Counted from the stretch's first letter, positions 24,470 to 33,591 are shown. The stretch: 64,000 nt of DNA from a bacterium (GCA_046734535.1 JBKPRL010000136.1:3666-67665), one strand, 5' to 3'. Notes: generated from the sequence alone by a model not told the origin. A program made the numbers and translations.

Positions 24470-25999
24470 GTGAGGACCGTGTACCACGCACCACGAAAGG
24501 GCAGGCGCGCCGCCGTGCTGCTCGGGCTCGTGCTCGTCGCCGCCGCGTGCGGCAGCGACAAGGGGAGCTCGTCCGACACCACCGCCGGGGCGAGCGCGAC
24601 GACGGCCGGCGGAGCTGAGACGACCGCAGCCGCCGGCGGCGGGACGACCGCGGCCGGCGGCGAGACGACCGCAGCCGCCAGCGGCGGCGGGGCCACGGGT
24701 CAGCTGGCGGACGACTCCCGCGATGGCCAAGGGGCGACGGCCTTCGAGACTGCCGTCAACTCGACCAAGGACAAGCCCCTCAAGGCGACCGGCGAGCCCT
24801 TCGTCGTCGCCATGCCCAACCTCGAGGGTGACGCCGGCGGCACGTTCCCCGACGTCCGTGAGGGCGCGGAGGCCGCGGTCAAGCTGATCAACGACCAGCT
24901 GGGCGGGATCGGGGCCGACTACGAGAAGGGCACCCCCGGGCGCCCGATCCAGCTGAAGGTCTGCTCACACGGGCTCACCCAGGAGGCGGCGCAGAAGTGC
25001 GCCAACGAGGTCGTGGCCGGGAAGCCGAACCTCATCCAGATCGGCATCGACTTCTTCACGCCGCTCTTCTACCCGGTGTTTCAGGGCATCCCGACCCTGC
25101 AGACCCTGCCGATCTTCGTGGCCGACTTCGACCAGCCGGGCGTGTACTCGGCGATCGGCGGCTGTCCGACCGCCTTCATCAGCGCGGCGCAGTTCATGGC
25201 CGAAACCAAGAAGTTCGACAAGCTGGCCATCCCCTACGCCAACAACGCGCCGGGCAACCAGTGCTGGACGGACACCCAGGAGCGCTTCTACCAGTACTAC
25301 AAGGACAAGGGCGTCTGGGACTTCAAGGGGTTCCCGGACGAGCCCGGTGACCCTTCGGACAACGCGGCGCTGATCCAGAACGTGGCCGACTTCCTGAAGG
25401 ACGCCAAGAACCCCGGCATCTTCTTCGGGGTCCAGGCCTCCGACTGCGTCGAGTTCCTGAAGGGCCTCAAGGCGGCCGGCGTGAACGCCGATGTCGTCGT
25501 CTCGACGGCCTGCGTGGACGACACGGTCCTCGCCCTCCCGGAGAGCAAGGGGATGAACGTAGAGCTGCAGGGCTACAACGTGGCTGATCCGGCCTCGCTG
25601 ACCGACTTCGCCAAGTGGGAGCTCGACGTCCGCGACAAGGCGATCGACGCCTACGGGCCGAAGGCGGCCAAGTCGAACTTCATGAACGACTCGTTCTCGG
25701 TGGTGCTCTGGGGCTGGCAGATCGCCAACCAGCTGATCGCGGACGGGAAGGATCCCTTCGACACCAAGGCCCTGGGCGACGCGCTGGCCAACCTCGGCAG
25801 CTACCACGTCGTCGGCCGTCCGCCGGTCGATTGCGCGGGGGCGCCCGAGGAGTACCAGTCCATCTGCTATCGCAGCGCCACCTACCTCGTCTGGGACGGG
25901 ACGAAGTACACCGCGGATCCCGACCTGAACAACAAGTACATCGACGTCACGGAGCTGATGAACACCGTGGCCAAGAGCAACCCGCGCAAGACGGGCTGA
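24470..25999 (+). CDS. ABC transporter substrate-binding lipoprotein (Leu/Ile/Val-binding-protein-like family)
   Basis: GTG 24470 inside ORF 24350..25999. Signal peptide plus lipobox (LVLVAAAC), a T/A/G-rich linker, then a type-I periplasmic binding fold. It is followed by Liv-type permease and ATPase genes. Confidence 0.85.
   Translation: MRTVYHAPRKGRRAAVLLGLVLVAAACGSDKGSSSDTTAGASATTAGGAETTAAAGGGTTAAGGETTAAASGGGATGQLADDSRDGQGATAFETAVNSTKDKPLKATGEPFVVAMPNLEGDAGGTFPDVREGAEAAVKLINDQLGGIGADYEKGTPGRPIQLKVCSHGLTQEAAQKCANEVVAGKPNLIQIGIDFFTPLFYPVFQGIPTLQTLPIFVADFDQPGVYSAIGGCPTAFISAAQFMAETKKFDKLAIPYANNAPGNQCWTDTQERFYQYYKDKGVWDFKGFPDEPGDPSDNAALIQNVADFLKDAKNPGIFFGVQASDCVEFLKGLKAAGVNADVVVSTACVDDTVLALPESKGMNVELQGYNVADPASLTDFAKWELDVRDKAIDAYGPKAAKSNFMNDSFSVVLWGWQIANQLIADGKDPFDTKALGDALANLGSYHVVGRPPVDCAGAPEEYQSICYRSATYLVWDGTKYTADPDLNNKYIDVTELMNTVAKSNPRKTG
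24596..24690 (+). repeat. imperfect 21-24-bp tandem repeats encoding the T/A/G-rich lipoprotein linker
   Basis: GAGACGACCGCAGCCGCC occurs at 24617 and 24662 (45-bp period), with a degenerate unit between. Encodes (E/G)TTAA(A)GG repeats. Confidence 0.6.
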
Positions 26000-26017
26000 C
26001 CGGGAACTCTCGACACA

Positions 26018-26047
26018 GGCCACCCGCCCCGGCCGGGGCGGGTGGCC
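26018..26047 (+). terminator. perfect 13-bp GC-rich stem-loop between the SBP and permease genes (attenuator / mRNA stabiliser candidate)
   Basis: GGCCACCCGCCCC-ggcc-GGGGCGGGTGGCC, 18 nt after the SBP stop. Confidence 0.55.
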
Positions 26048-26097
26048 GCCCACCATAGGATCCGATCGTCCAGGGCCCGATCCGTCGGGTCCTCGCC

Positions 26098-28239
26098 GTG
26101 ACAGCTGGGGGCAGAGTGGATCAGATCGTCTTCGCCGTCATCCTCGGCATCGGCATCGGGGGCCTGTACGCCATGCTCGCCACCGGCCTGGTCACGGCGT
26201 TCAAGGGCTCGGGGGTGATCAACTTCGCGCACGGCGCGTTCGCGATGTACACGGTCTACGTGTACGACGAGCTGACGAAGTCGGGCACGCTCGTCATGCC
26301 GTGGGTGGACATCATCCCGGGCCACTCGCCGAACATCCCGGTCCGCATCCACCTCGCCGACTCCCTCGGCAGCGCGGCCGCCACGACCGTGGCACTGCTG
26401 ATGGCCTGCTTCCTCGGACTGCTCGCCCACCTGCTCGTCTTCCGGCCCCTGCGCAACGCCCCGGCCCTGGGGAAGGTCATCGGCGCCGTCGGCATCATGC
26501 TCTACCTGCAGGCCGTGGCCAGCCTGAACTTCGGGGCGGAGGCCCGCCAGAACCCCGGCTTCCTCCCGAGCACCTCCGGCGACAAGGCCTTCTTCACCAA
26601 CTTCCTCGGGCTGGGCAACCTGCCCCACCTGATCGTCTGGATGGCGGGCTGCGCGATCGTGATGGGCGCAGCGGTCTGGGCCCTGCTGACCTACACCCGC
26701 TTCGGCCTCGCCACCCGAGCCGCCGACGAGAACGAGAAGGGCGCCAGCCTCCTCGGCTACTCACCCCAGCTCCTGGCCGGGCTCAACTGGGTGCTGTCCG
26801 CTTTCCTGGCCGGCGTCACCGGCCTGGTCGTGATCGGCCTCAGCTCGCTCCAGGTCGACCGGTTCACGCTGTACGTCATCCCGGCGCTCGGCGCCGCCCT
26901 CGTGGGGAACCTGACCTCGATCCCACTGGCCGTCGTCGGCGGGTTCCTCATCGGCATGTTCCAGTCGGGCATGGTCGAGGTGGCGGACCAGTCCTGGTGG
27001 CCGGCCTGGCTGCCTGCGAACGGCATGCGGGAGCTGGTCCCGCTCCTGGCCATCGTGCTCGTGCTGTTCCTGCGCGGCTCCCGCCTGCCGATCCGCGGCA
27101 GCATCATCCAGCGCCGCCAACCCCTCGCGCTGGCCACCGACCACGCCTGGGTGGGGCTCGGCGTCGGCCTGGTCCTCGTCTTCCTCCTCTCGAACATCTT
27201 CACCGGGGCGTGGGAGGTGTCGCTGACGACTTCGCTCGTGGCGGGGATGATCATGCTGTCGTCGGTCGTCCTGGTCGGCTTCCTGGGTCAGATCTCACTG
27301 GCCCAGACCGCGCTGGCCGGCGTCGCCGCGTACACCGCCATCCGCTTCGCGTCGAACGGCAAGCTCGGCCCGTTCGACCTCGTGGCGGTCGACGGTCCCG
27401 GCTGGCCGGCACCCATCGCCTTCGTGTTCGGCGTCGCCGCGGCGGTGGTCGTCGGGTTGCTGGTGGGCCTTCCCGCTCTACGCATCCGGGGCGTCCAGCT
27501 CGCCATCGTCACCATCGCCGCCGTCGGTCCGATCGGCAACCTGCTCCTGCAGAACGAGAGCCTCTACTCCACTGCGGCCCAGGCCACGATGCCGGTGCCC
27601 AAGCCGCACTGGTTCGGGGTCTACGTGTCGGCCACCGATCCGCAGACCAACACCACGGACTACTGGCACTTCACGGCCTTCGCGGTGGTCGTGTTCGCCC
27701 TGCTGGGCCTGGCCGTCGTCAACCTCCGCCGAGGCGCCACCGGGCGGCGCTTCCTCGCCGTGCGGGCCAACGAGCGGGCGGCCGCGGCCGCCGGCATCGA
27801 TGTCGCCCGGACGAAGATGCTCGGCTTCGCCATCGCCTCCGCACTGGCCGGCATCGGGGGCATCATGCAGGCATACCGTCTCGGCGCCGTGCAGGTCGAG
27901 ACCTACAGCCTCTTCGCAGGCCTCGCCATCCTGGCCTTCGCCTACCTGGGCGGCATCACGTCCGTCTGGGGTGCCATCATCGGCGGCTTGATGATCGGGG
28001 GCGGTCTGGTCTCCCAGACGATCGGCCACTTCTCCGGTGAGGACTTCAACGCCTACCTCGCGATCATCGGCGCCATCGGCCTGATCCTGACCGCCATCCT
28101 CAACCCGGAGGGGATCGCCACGGGCACGGCGCTCACCGTCAAGGCGCTGTGGGCCAAGGCCAGAGGACGCGCGCCAACCGAGGTGCCTCCCGCGCCCGAG
28201 CCCTCCGAACCCACCGCGGCGGCAGGGGTGTCACCGTGA
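26098..28239 (+). CDS. fused branched-chain-type ABC permease (LivH-like plus LivM-like halves)
   Basis: ORF 26098..28239, 713 aa, hydrophobic throughout. N-terminal half: GGLYAMLATGLVTAFKGSGVINFAHGAF (LivH-like). C-terminal half: GQISLAQTALAGVAAY (LivM-like). Confidence 0.85.
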   Translation: MTAGGRVDQIVFAVILGIGIGGLYAMLATGLVTAFKGSGVINFAHGAFAMYTVYVYDELTKSGTLVMPWVDIIPGHSPNIPVRIHLADSLGSAAATTVALLMACFLGLLAHLLVFRPLRNAPALGKVIGAVGIMLYLQAVASLNFGAEARQNPGFLPSTSGDKAFFTNFLGLGNLPHLIVWMAGCAIVMGAAVWALLTYTRFGLATRAADENEKGASLLGYSPQLLAGLNWVLSAFLAGVTGLVVIGLSSLQVDRFTLYVIPALGAALVGNLTSIPLAVVGGFLIGMFQSGMVEVADQSWWPAWLPANGMRELVPLLAIVLVLFLRGSRLPIRGSIIQRRQPLALATDHAWVGLGVGLVLVFLLSNIFTGAWEVSLTTSLVAGMIMLSSVVLVGFLGQISLAQTALAGVAAYTAIRFASNGKLGPFDLVAVDGPGWPAPIAFVFGVAAAVVVGLLVGLPALRIRGVQLAIVTIAAVGPIGNLLLQNESLYSTAAQATMPVPKPHWFGVYVSATDPQTNTTDYWHFTAFAVVVFALLGLAVVNLRRGATGRRFLAVRANERAAAAAGIDVARTKMLGFAIASALAGIGGIMQAYRLGAVQVETYSLFAGLAILAFAYLGGITSVWGAIIGGLMIGGGLVSQTIGHFSGEDFNAYLAIIGAIGLILTAILNPEGIATGTALTVKALWAKARGRAPTEVPPAPEPSEPTAAAGVSP

Positions 28240-29033
28240 CCCTGCTGCAGACCACGGACCTGACCGTGACCTTCGGCGGCCTGCACGCCAACAACGAGGT
28301 CAACATCACGGTCGCGCCGCAGACCTTCGTCGGCCTGATCGGGCCGAACGGCGCCGGGAAGACGACCTTCATCGACGCCATCACCGGCTACGTCTCCTCG
28401 ACCGGCGCCATCACCCTCGACGGTGAGGACCTCCGCCCGCTGAAGCCGCACGACCGCACCCGGCGGGGCCTGGTGCGGACGTTCCAGTCGCTCGAGCTGT
28501 TCGAGGACCTGACGGTCGAGGACAACCTGCTGGTCGCCGCGCAGCCGCCTCGCTGGAGTGACTGGATCTTCGACGTGTTCCACATCTCGCGGGTGACGCC
28601 GGAGATCCGCGCCAACGTCGAGCGGGCGCTGGACCTCGTCGAGCTGCAGGACGTGCGCCGCACCACGCCGACCAACCTGTCGCACGGCCAACGGAAGCTC
28701 GTGGGCGTCGCGAGAGCCCTCGTGATGCAGCCCAAGCTGGTGCTGCTCGACGAGCCCGCCGCCGGGTTGGACAGCGAGGAGTCGTTGGTCTTCGGCCGCC
28801 GGATGCGGTCGCTGCTGGAGACCGGACTGTCGGTGTTCATGATCGAGCACGACATGGGCCTCGTGCTCAGCGTCTGCGACTACATCTACGTGCTCGACTT
28901 CGGTCGCATCATCGCCGAAGGCACACCGAGCGAGGTGCGGGACAACCCGCTCGTGATCGACGCCTACCTCGGCGAGTCGGCCTCCGAGGTGCACGAGGTG
29001 GCTGAGCACCTCCGCCACGAGGCGCAGCAATGA
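28236..29033 (+). CDS. ABC transporter ATP-binding protein (LivG-like)
   Basis: GTG 28236 overlaps the permease stop (GTGA). Walker A GPNGAGKTT, signature LSHGQRK, Walker B LVLLDEP. Confidence 0.9.
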   Translation: MTLLQTTDLTVTFGGLHANNEVNITVAPQTFVGLIGPNGAGKTTFIDAITGYVSSTGAITLDGEDLRPLKPHDRTRRGLVRTFQSLELFEDLTVEDNLLVAAQPPRWSDWIFDVFHISRVTPEIRANVERALDLVELQDVRRTTPTNLSHGQRKLVGVARALVMQPKLVLLDEPAAGLDSEESLVFGRRMRSLLETGLSVFMIEHDMGLVLSVCDYIYVLDFGRIIAEGTPSEVRDNPLVIDAYLGESASEVHEVAEHLRHEAQQ

Positions 29034-29163
29034 CCGGGCGAAGCGAGGTCCATGTCACAGTCGGTTGTTCGCTGCGCAGCGGCGAACCGCTCACTGGTGC
29101 CCCCGATCCGGGGCGGACCCGGACGTGCTTGAACCGATGGATGGTGCACCAGTGAGCGCGACG

Positions 29164-29889
29164 ATGACCGCCCCGCTCATCCAGATCGAGGACATGTCGG
29201 CCGGCTACGCGGGCATCCCGGTGGTCAGGGGGCTGAACCTGCACGTCGATCCGGGCGAGGTGGTGGCCCTGCTCGGACCGAACGGCGCCGGGAAGACGAC
29301 GACGCTCTTGAGCTGCTCCGGCATCGTGAAGGTGCTGACCGGCTCGGTCTCGATCCTGGGTGAGCCGGTGCACTACGGCTCGCCTCACCGCATGGCCCGC
29401 CGCGGCCTCGGGCACGTGGCCGAGGACAGGTCCCTCTTCTTCCAGCTGACGGTGGACGAGAACGTCCGCCTCGGTCTGCGCGGCGCACGCGGTTCACAGC
29501 GCGGCGCCTACGAGCGGGCCTTGACCATGTTCCCGGCGTTGCGGCCACTCCGTGACCGCCGGGCCGGCCTGCTGTCGGGCGGCGAGCAACAGATGCTGGC
29601 CGTAGCCCGGGCGCTCGTCGCCGAGCCCAAGGTCCTGATGATCGACGAGATGAGCCTGGGCCTGGCCCCCATCATCGTCGAGCGCATGTTGCCGCTCGTC
29701 CGCGAGATCGCCGACGAGACCGGTGCGGGCGTGCTCCTGGTCGAGCAGCACATCCACATGGCGCTCTCGGTGGCCGATCGGGCCTACGTGATGAACCACG
29801 GTGAGGTGGTACTCGAGGGGGAGGGCAAGGAGCTGGCCCAGCGCCGCGACCTCCTCGAGGCCTCCTACCTCGGCGACAAGGTCCTCTGA
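29164..29889 (+). CDS. ABC transporter ATP-binding protein (LivF-like)
   Basis: ORF 29065..29889. Walker A GPNGAGKTT, signature LSGGEQQ, Walker B VLMIDE. Start is ATG 29164, or GTG 29152 or ATG 29137. Confidence 0.9.
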   Translation: MTAPLIQIEDMSAGYAGIPVVRGLNLHVDPGEVVALLGPNGAGKTTTLLSCSGIVKVLTGSVSILGEPVHYGSPHRMARRGLGHVAEDRSLFFQLTVDENVRLGLRGARGSQRGAYERALTMFPALRPLRDRRAGLLSGGEQQMLAVARALVAEPKVLMIDEMSLGLAPIIVERMLPLVREIADETGAGVLLVEQHIHMALSVADRAYVMNHGEVVLEGEGKELAQRRDLLEASYLGDKVL

Positions 29890-30035
29890 CCCGGCGTCCC
29901 GGCGCCGGCATCAGGCGGGCCTGATCGGGCCTCGTCGATCCCTGAACCCCGAACCTGTCACGCTTCGGCCCGGTCTCCGGGCAGATCCCGGACATCCTCG
30001 GAGGCTGTCACGAAGCTGCCCGGCCGACTGGCGCT

Positions 30036-30470
30036 TCAGGCGGGCGGCGGCGGGGGCAGGAAGGGGGCGGAGAGGTCCGGGGTCCCGTGGTAGATGGACC
30101 GCAGCCGGCGGCTGGCGAACAGCCACCGGTCCTGGTGCCGCACGTAGCTGTCGTCGTAGTAGGCGAGCAACAGGCCGAGCTCGCCATTGCGGCGGCGCAC
30201 GTGCTCGCTGAAGTACCAACGGCCCTCGCCGGTCTGGTCGTTCGTCGTCGCCGTGCCGTTGGCCAGCAGCTGCACGACACACTCGATCGGTTCCATCGAC
30301 TCCTGCCAGTGGTCGGCGATGGCGGTGCGCCCGATGAACACGCGATCCCGGCCGAGGTCCCAGAGCGAGTCCTCGGCCCAACAGGACTCCCACTGGTCGC
30401 GAGCCCGGTGGACCACCGCGTCGGAGTAGCGGTGGACGAGGTCAGCGATCTGCTCGCGGTCGGTCGTCAC
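30036..30470 (-). CDS. SnoaL-like / NTF2-fold protein
   Basis: GTG 30470 overlaps the kinase stop (GTGA): VTTDREQIADLVHRYSDAVVHRARDQWESCW...GEGRWYFSEH...DRWLFASRRL. The rest of ORF 30036..31163 is junk. Confidence 0.75.
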   Translation of the reverse strand: MTTDREQIADLVHRYSDAVVHRARDQWESCWAEDSLWDLGRDRVFIGRTAIADHWQESMEPIECVVQLLANGTATTNDQTGEGRWYFSEHVRRRNGELGLLLAYYDDSYVRHQDRWLFASRRLRSIYHGTPDLSAPFLPPPPPA

Positions 30471-31417
30471 GCGTGCACCACGTCCACCAGCCGGCGGAGG
30501 AAGGAGCGATGGAGCACCGTGCCGATGATGGCCATGTTCGGCGCGGGGTTGACCCCCCGCTCGAACAGACCGAGGCAGGTGCAGTTGGCGCAGGCACCCT
30601 TGAACAAGTTGAACGCCTCCCAGTAGGTCCAGCCATCCTCGTCCATCCGGAACCCGCCGACCTCCTCGAAGAGGTCGAGCCACGTCTCGCGGGGCAGCGT
30701 CCTGCTCCCCCGCATGGAGAGGCAGAACGACCAGTCCTCGGCCGGATCGCCGAGGTGGGCGAACTCCCAGTCCGTGACGGCGAGCACGCGGCCCTCGGCC
30801 TGCACGACGTTGCCCGGCCCCGCGTCGCCGTGCACCACGGCCAGGCGGTCGAGCGGCGGAGCGCGGCCGTGCAGCCATGCCTCGGCCTCGTCGAGCAGCG
30901 GGATGGGTGCCCGTGCCGCCTCCCGGTAGATCGCCGCCCAGCGCTCGATCTGCACGTGGGTGGCGTCGGACGGAGACGGCGGGACGAGCGCGGGGCTCAG
31001 CTCCGCCGCTTCCCAGTCCAGGGCGTGCAGCGAGGCCAGCAGGCGGACGAAGTCCGCAGCCGTGCCCTCGTCCATCTGCCGCTCGTCGGCGAGATCGGCG
31101 CCGTCGACGAAGTCCATGACGAAGAACGGCTGGCCGAGCACCGACCCGCTCGGCTCGAACCACCGCACCTCGGCGACGGGAAACCCCGCCCGGCCCAGGG
31201 CGCCCATGAACGCGAACTCCTCGGCCGAGCTGGTGCCGAAGACCCCGCCCTGCTCCACGCGCACCACGAACCGGCCGGCGTCGGTGTCCACCCGGTACAT
31301 GGCCCGCGAGTGGCCGACGCTCAGGCGCCGCACGTCGTCCACCGCGGTCGGCCGGCCCCGCTGGTCCGACAGGTAGCGGGCCAGCGCGCCCTGGGCCGCG
31401 TCATCCACGAGCGTCAC
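30467..31417 (-). CDS. APH/ChoK-like phosphotransferase (kinase) family protein
   Basis: ORF 30467..31417: catalytic loop VVHGDAGPGNVV and VTDWEFAHLGDPAEDW. GTG start overlaps the upstream stop. Confidence 0.8.
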   Translation of the reverse strand: MTLVDDAAQGALARYLSDQRGRPTAVDDVRRLSVGHSRAMYRVDTDAGRFVVRVEQGGVFGTSSAEEFAFMGALGRAGFPVAEVRWFEPSGSVLGQPFFVMDFVDGADLADERQMDEGTAADFVRLLASLHALDWEAAELSPALVPPSPSDATHVQIERWAAIYREAARAPIPLLDEAEAWLHGRAPPLDRLAVVHGDAGPGNVVQAEGRVLAVTDWEFAHLGDPAEDWSFCLSMRGSRTLPRETWLDLFEEVGGFRMDEDGWTYWEAFNLFKGACANCTCLGLFERGVNPAPNMAIIGTVLHRSFLRRLVDVVHA

Positions 31418-31908
31418 CCATCGGCATCCGCCGCCTCCTCGGGGACCACGCCACGGAAGGCTCGCAACATCACGTCCTCGGCCGCCAGGTCGTCGGCCAG
31501 GTGCCGCACCAGGATCGGCCGCAGGACGGACTGGGCGCGGCCGGCGTCGCCGCCCGAGCCGGCGTCCGCACGGGCGTCCAGGGCCGCGACGAGCACCGCG
31601 GAGGTGGCCGCCAGCACCTCCGGCGGATCAGTCGCCGCGCCGTCGCGCCACTGCGCTCGCACGAGCTCGTTCCCCTCCTGCAGGAGACCGTCGAGGGCGG
31701 AGGCGAGCTCGGCCGCCCGGGCCGGGTTCGGATCGACGCCGCGGTCGCGGGCGTACGCCGCGACGCCCATCAGGTGGATGGCGACCTGTCGTCGATGGGG
31801 GTCGTCGAGGCCGGGCAGGACGACGTCGCGCAGGGTCGTCACCATCGAGGTCCACATCGCGGCGGCGCTGGGGCGCCCGATCTCCCCGACCGGGCTCGGC
31901 TCGGTCAC
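31414..31908 (-). CDS. small helical protein, partner of the APH-like kinase (unknown function)
   Basis: GTG 31908 inside ORF 31414..32016, 164 aa, Ala/Leu/Asp-rich and helical-looking. Coupled by 4-nt overlaps on both sides. Weak collinear similarity to 48340..48804. Confidence 0.5.
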   Translation of the reverse strand: MTEPSPVGEIGRPSAAAMWTSMVTTLRDVVLPGLDDPHRRQVAIHLMGVAAYARDRGVDPNPARAAELASALDGLLQEGNELVRAQWRDGAATDPPEVLAATSAVLVAALDARADAGSGGDAGRAQSVLRPILVRHLADDLAAEDVMLRAFRGVVPEEAADADG

Positions 31909-32954
31909 CTCAGCGTCCCCGCCACCTCGGCCTCGGCCTCGAAGTCCCAGCTGGCACCCCAGACCGGGTCGCTGAGGGCGGCGCCGAGATCGCCCCAGCC
32001 CTGCTCGCGGAACCACGCGTAGGTCTCGACGTGGCCGTCGACGAAGTCGTAGCGGGGCTGGAACCCGAGCAGCGACGTCGCCTTCTCGATGCTGGCGATG
32101 GCGTGGTGCCGGACGCCGAAGAGGTGGCCGAACACCGGTCGCGTCAGGGAGGGCAGGAGGTCATCGGGCAGGAACACGATGTCCGGATCGGCTCCCACGA
32201 TGGCGGCCAGCTCCTGCACGTAGCGCAGCGACGTGAGGCCCTCGGCGGTGACGTTGAAGACCTCACCTCGCGCCCCGGGCTGCCCGACCATCGCCACCAT
32301 GAGCTCACACAGGTCGTCGACATGACCGTAGGACGTGGCCACCAACCCCCCGTGGGGGAGCAGGATCGGCCGGTGGTGGAGGAGGCGCAGGAACATCGGC
32401 GTCTCCATGTCGAAGATGTTGTTGTCGGGCCCGTAGATGGCCGCCGGGCGCACGACCGAGACGGGGAAGCCCGTGGCGGCGTGACGGTCGAGCATCGCCT
32501 GCTCCGCCATCGCCTTGAACCCGCCGTACGTGCCGGGGCCCTCCGGGTTGGAGGGCAGGTCCTCGGTCCACGGGAAGACCCCGTTGAGCGATTGGTCGTA
32601 CGCCATGATCGAGCTGACGTAGACGTAGTCCCCGACCCGGCCGTCGAACAGCTCCAAGAGCTCGGCGATGTTGCTGTCGCCGGCCGCCATCACGAAGCCC
32701 GAGACGTCGAAGACGGCATCCCAGCTACGCTCGCCGAGCGCCGCCCGCATCGAGGCTGTGTCGGTCCGGTCCGCGACGAGGTGCTCGACGCCGTCGGGCA
32801 GCGATGCGGGCGTCTTGCCGCGATTCAGCACCGCGACGTCCGCGTCCTGCGCCAAGAGGGCACCGACCAGCCGCTTGCCCACGAACACCGAACCGCCGAG
32901 CACCAAGGCTCGCATCGCACCCCCAGATCGTCCTGCGCCGGAGGAGTCTGTCAT
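31905..32954 (-). CDS. NAD-dependent epimerase/dehydratase family protein
   Basis: ORF 31905..32954: MRALVLGGSVFVGKRLV...YVSSIMAY...YGGFKAMAE. The true start may be the internal MRALVLGG. Confidence 0.8.
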   Translation of the reverse strand: MTDSSGAGRSGGAMRALVLGGSVFVGKRLVGALLAQDADVAVLNRGKTPASLPDGVEHLVADRTDTASMRAALGERSWDAVFDVSGFVMAAGDSNIAELLELFDGRVGDYVYVSSIMAYDQSLNGVFPWTEDLPSNPEGPGTYGGFKAMAEQAMLDRHAATGFPVSVVRPAAIYGPDNNIFDMETPMFLRLLHHRPILLPHGGLVATSYGHVDDLCELMVAMVGQPGARGEVFNVTAEGLTSLRYVQELAAIVGADPDIVFLPDDLLPSLTRPVFGHLFGVRHHAIASIEKATSLLGFQPRYDFVDGHVETYAWFREQGWGDLGAALSDPVWGASWDFEAEAEVAGTLR

Positions 32955-32997
32955 CCCTCGTGCGCTCCCCTGCCGGCCCGCGCCTCGCCCCGCCGCA

Positions 32998-33591
32998 TCA
33001 GCACGTCGTCATCTCGAGGCCGGCCGGTGGGATCGTCAGGTTGCGGGAGCGCTTCATCAGGCCCTCGTGGTAGTCGACCCCGCGCAGCGCCGCCTCCAGC
33101 CGGTTCCCGTCGTAGGTGATCCATCGGACGGGGGCCAGCTCGATGACCACCCGGCCCGGCGTGTCGAGCCGGCGCAGGAACTCGGCGCGGGCGGCGGCGT
33201 CGTCGCCGCGGCGTTGGCGCTCGGCCAGCGCCGGGAAGAACCACGCCTTGGTCTCGGCACCGTCGTGCACGGTGGCCAACGTGGCCGCCGTCGTCGTGAT
33301 GTCTCCGCCCAGCCAGGTGCCCTCGCTGGAGACGACCACGCAGCTCTGGGGCCGCGCCCGCAGGGCCGCGACCCGCAGGCGCTCCTCGGTGCACGTCACC
33401 CAGAACCGGCCGTCCCGCCACACGAAGCGGTGCAGCACGCCGATCGGCCAGCCGTCCCGGTTCGTCCAGATCACGCAGCACTCCGTCTGCGCGTCGTAGA
33501 GCCGCTCCCGCTTGCCGTCGTCGACGCCGACGTCCCTCACGTCGCGGTAGTCCGTCTTGCGCGGCTTCACGGAATCGTCATCGTCGCTCAT
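32998..33591 (-). CDS. pyridoxamine-5'-phosphate-oxidase-like (PPOX-class, likely F420/FMN) protein
   Basis: ORF 32998..33591: LYDAQTECCVIWTNRDGWPIGVLHRFVWRDGRFWVTCTEERLRVAALRARP. Paralogue of 37545..38057. Confidence 0.75.
   Translation of the reverse strand: MSDDDDSVKPRKTDYRDVRDVGVDDGKRERLYDAQTECCVIWTNRDGWPIGVLHRFVWRDGRFWVTCTEERLRVAALRARPQSCVVVSSEGTWLGGDITTTAATLATVHDGAETKAWFFPALAERQRRGDDAAARAEFLRRLDTPGRVVIELAPVRWITYDGNRLEAALRGVDYHEGLMKRSRNLTIPPAGLEMTTC

Noticed and set aside
24596-24690. Short tandem repeats as a CRISPR-like or VNTR locus
   Set aside because: The units are 21-24 bp, contiguous without spacers, in frame inside the lipoprotein gene, and they encode a low-complexity linker.
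29890-30035. Possible small RNA or ORF in the 146-bp convergent gap after the ABC operon
   Set aside because: It contains only short GC hairpins (for example CCGGCG-tcccgg-CGCCGG and GCCCGG-tct-CCGGGC) and a CTGTCACG direct repeat. There is no promoter-like box or conserved structure I can support. The gap most likely holds terminators.
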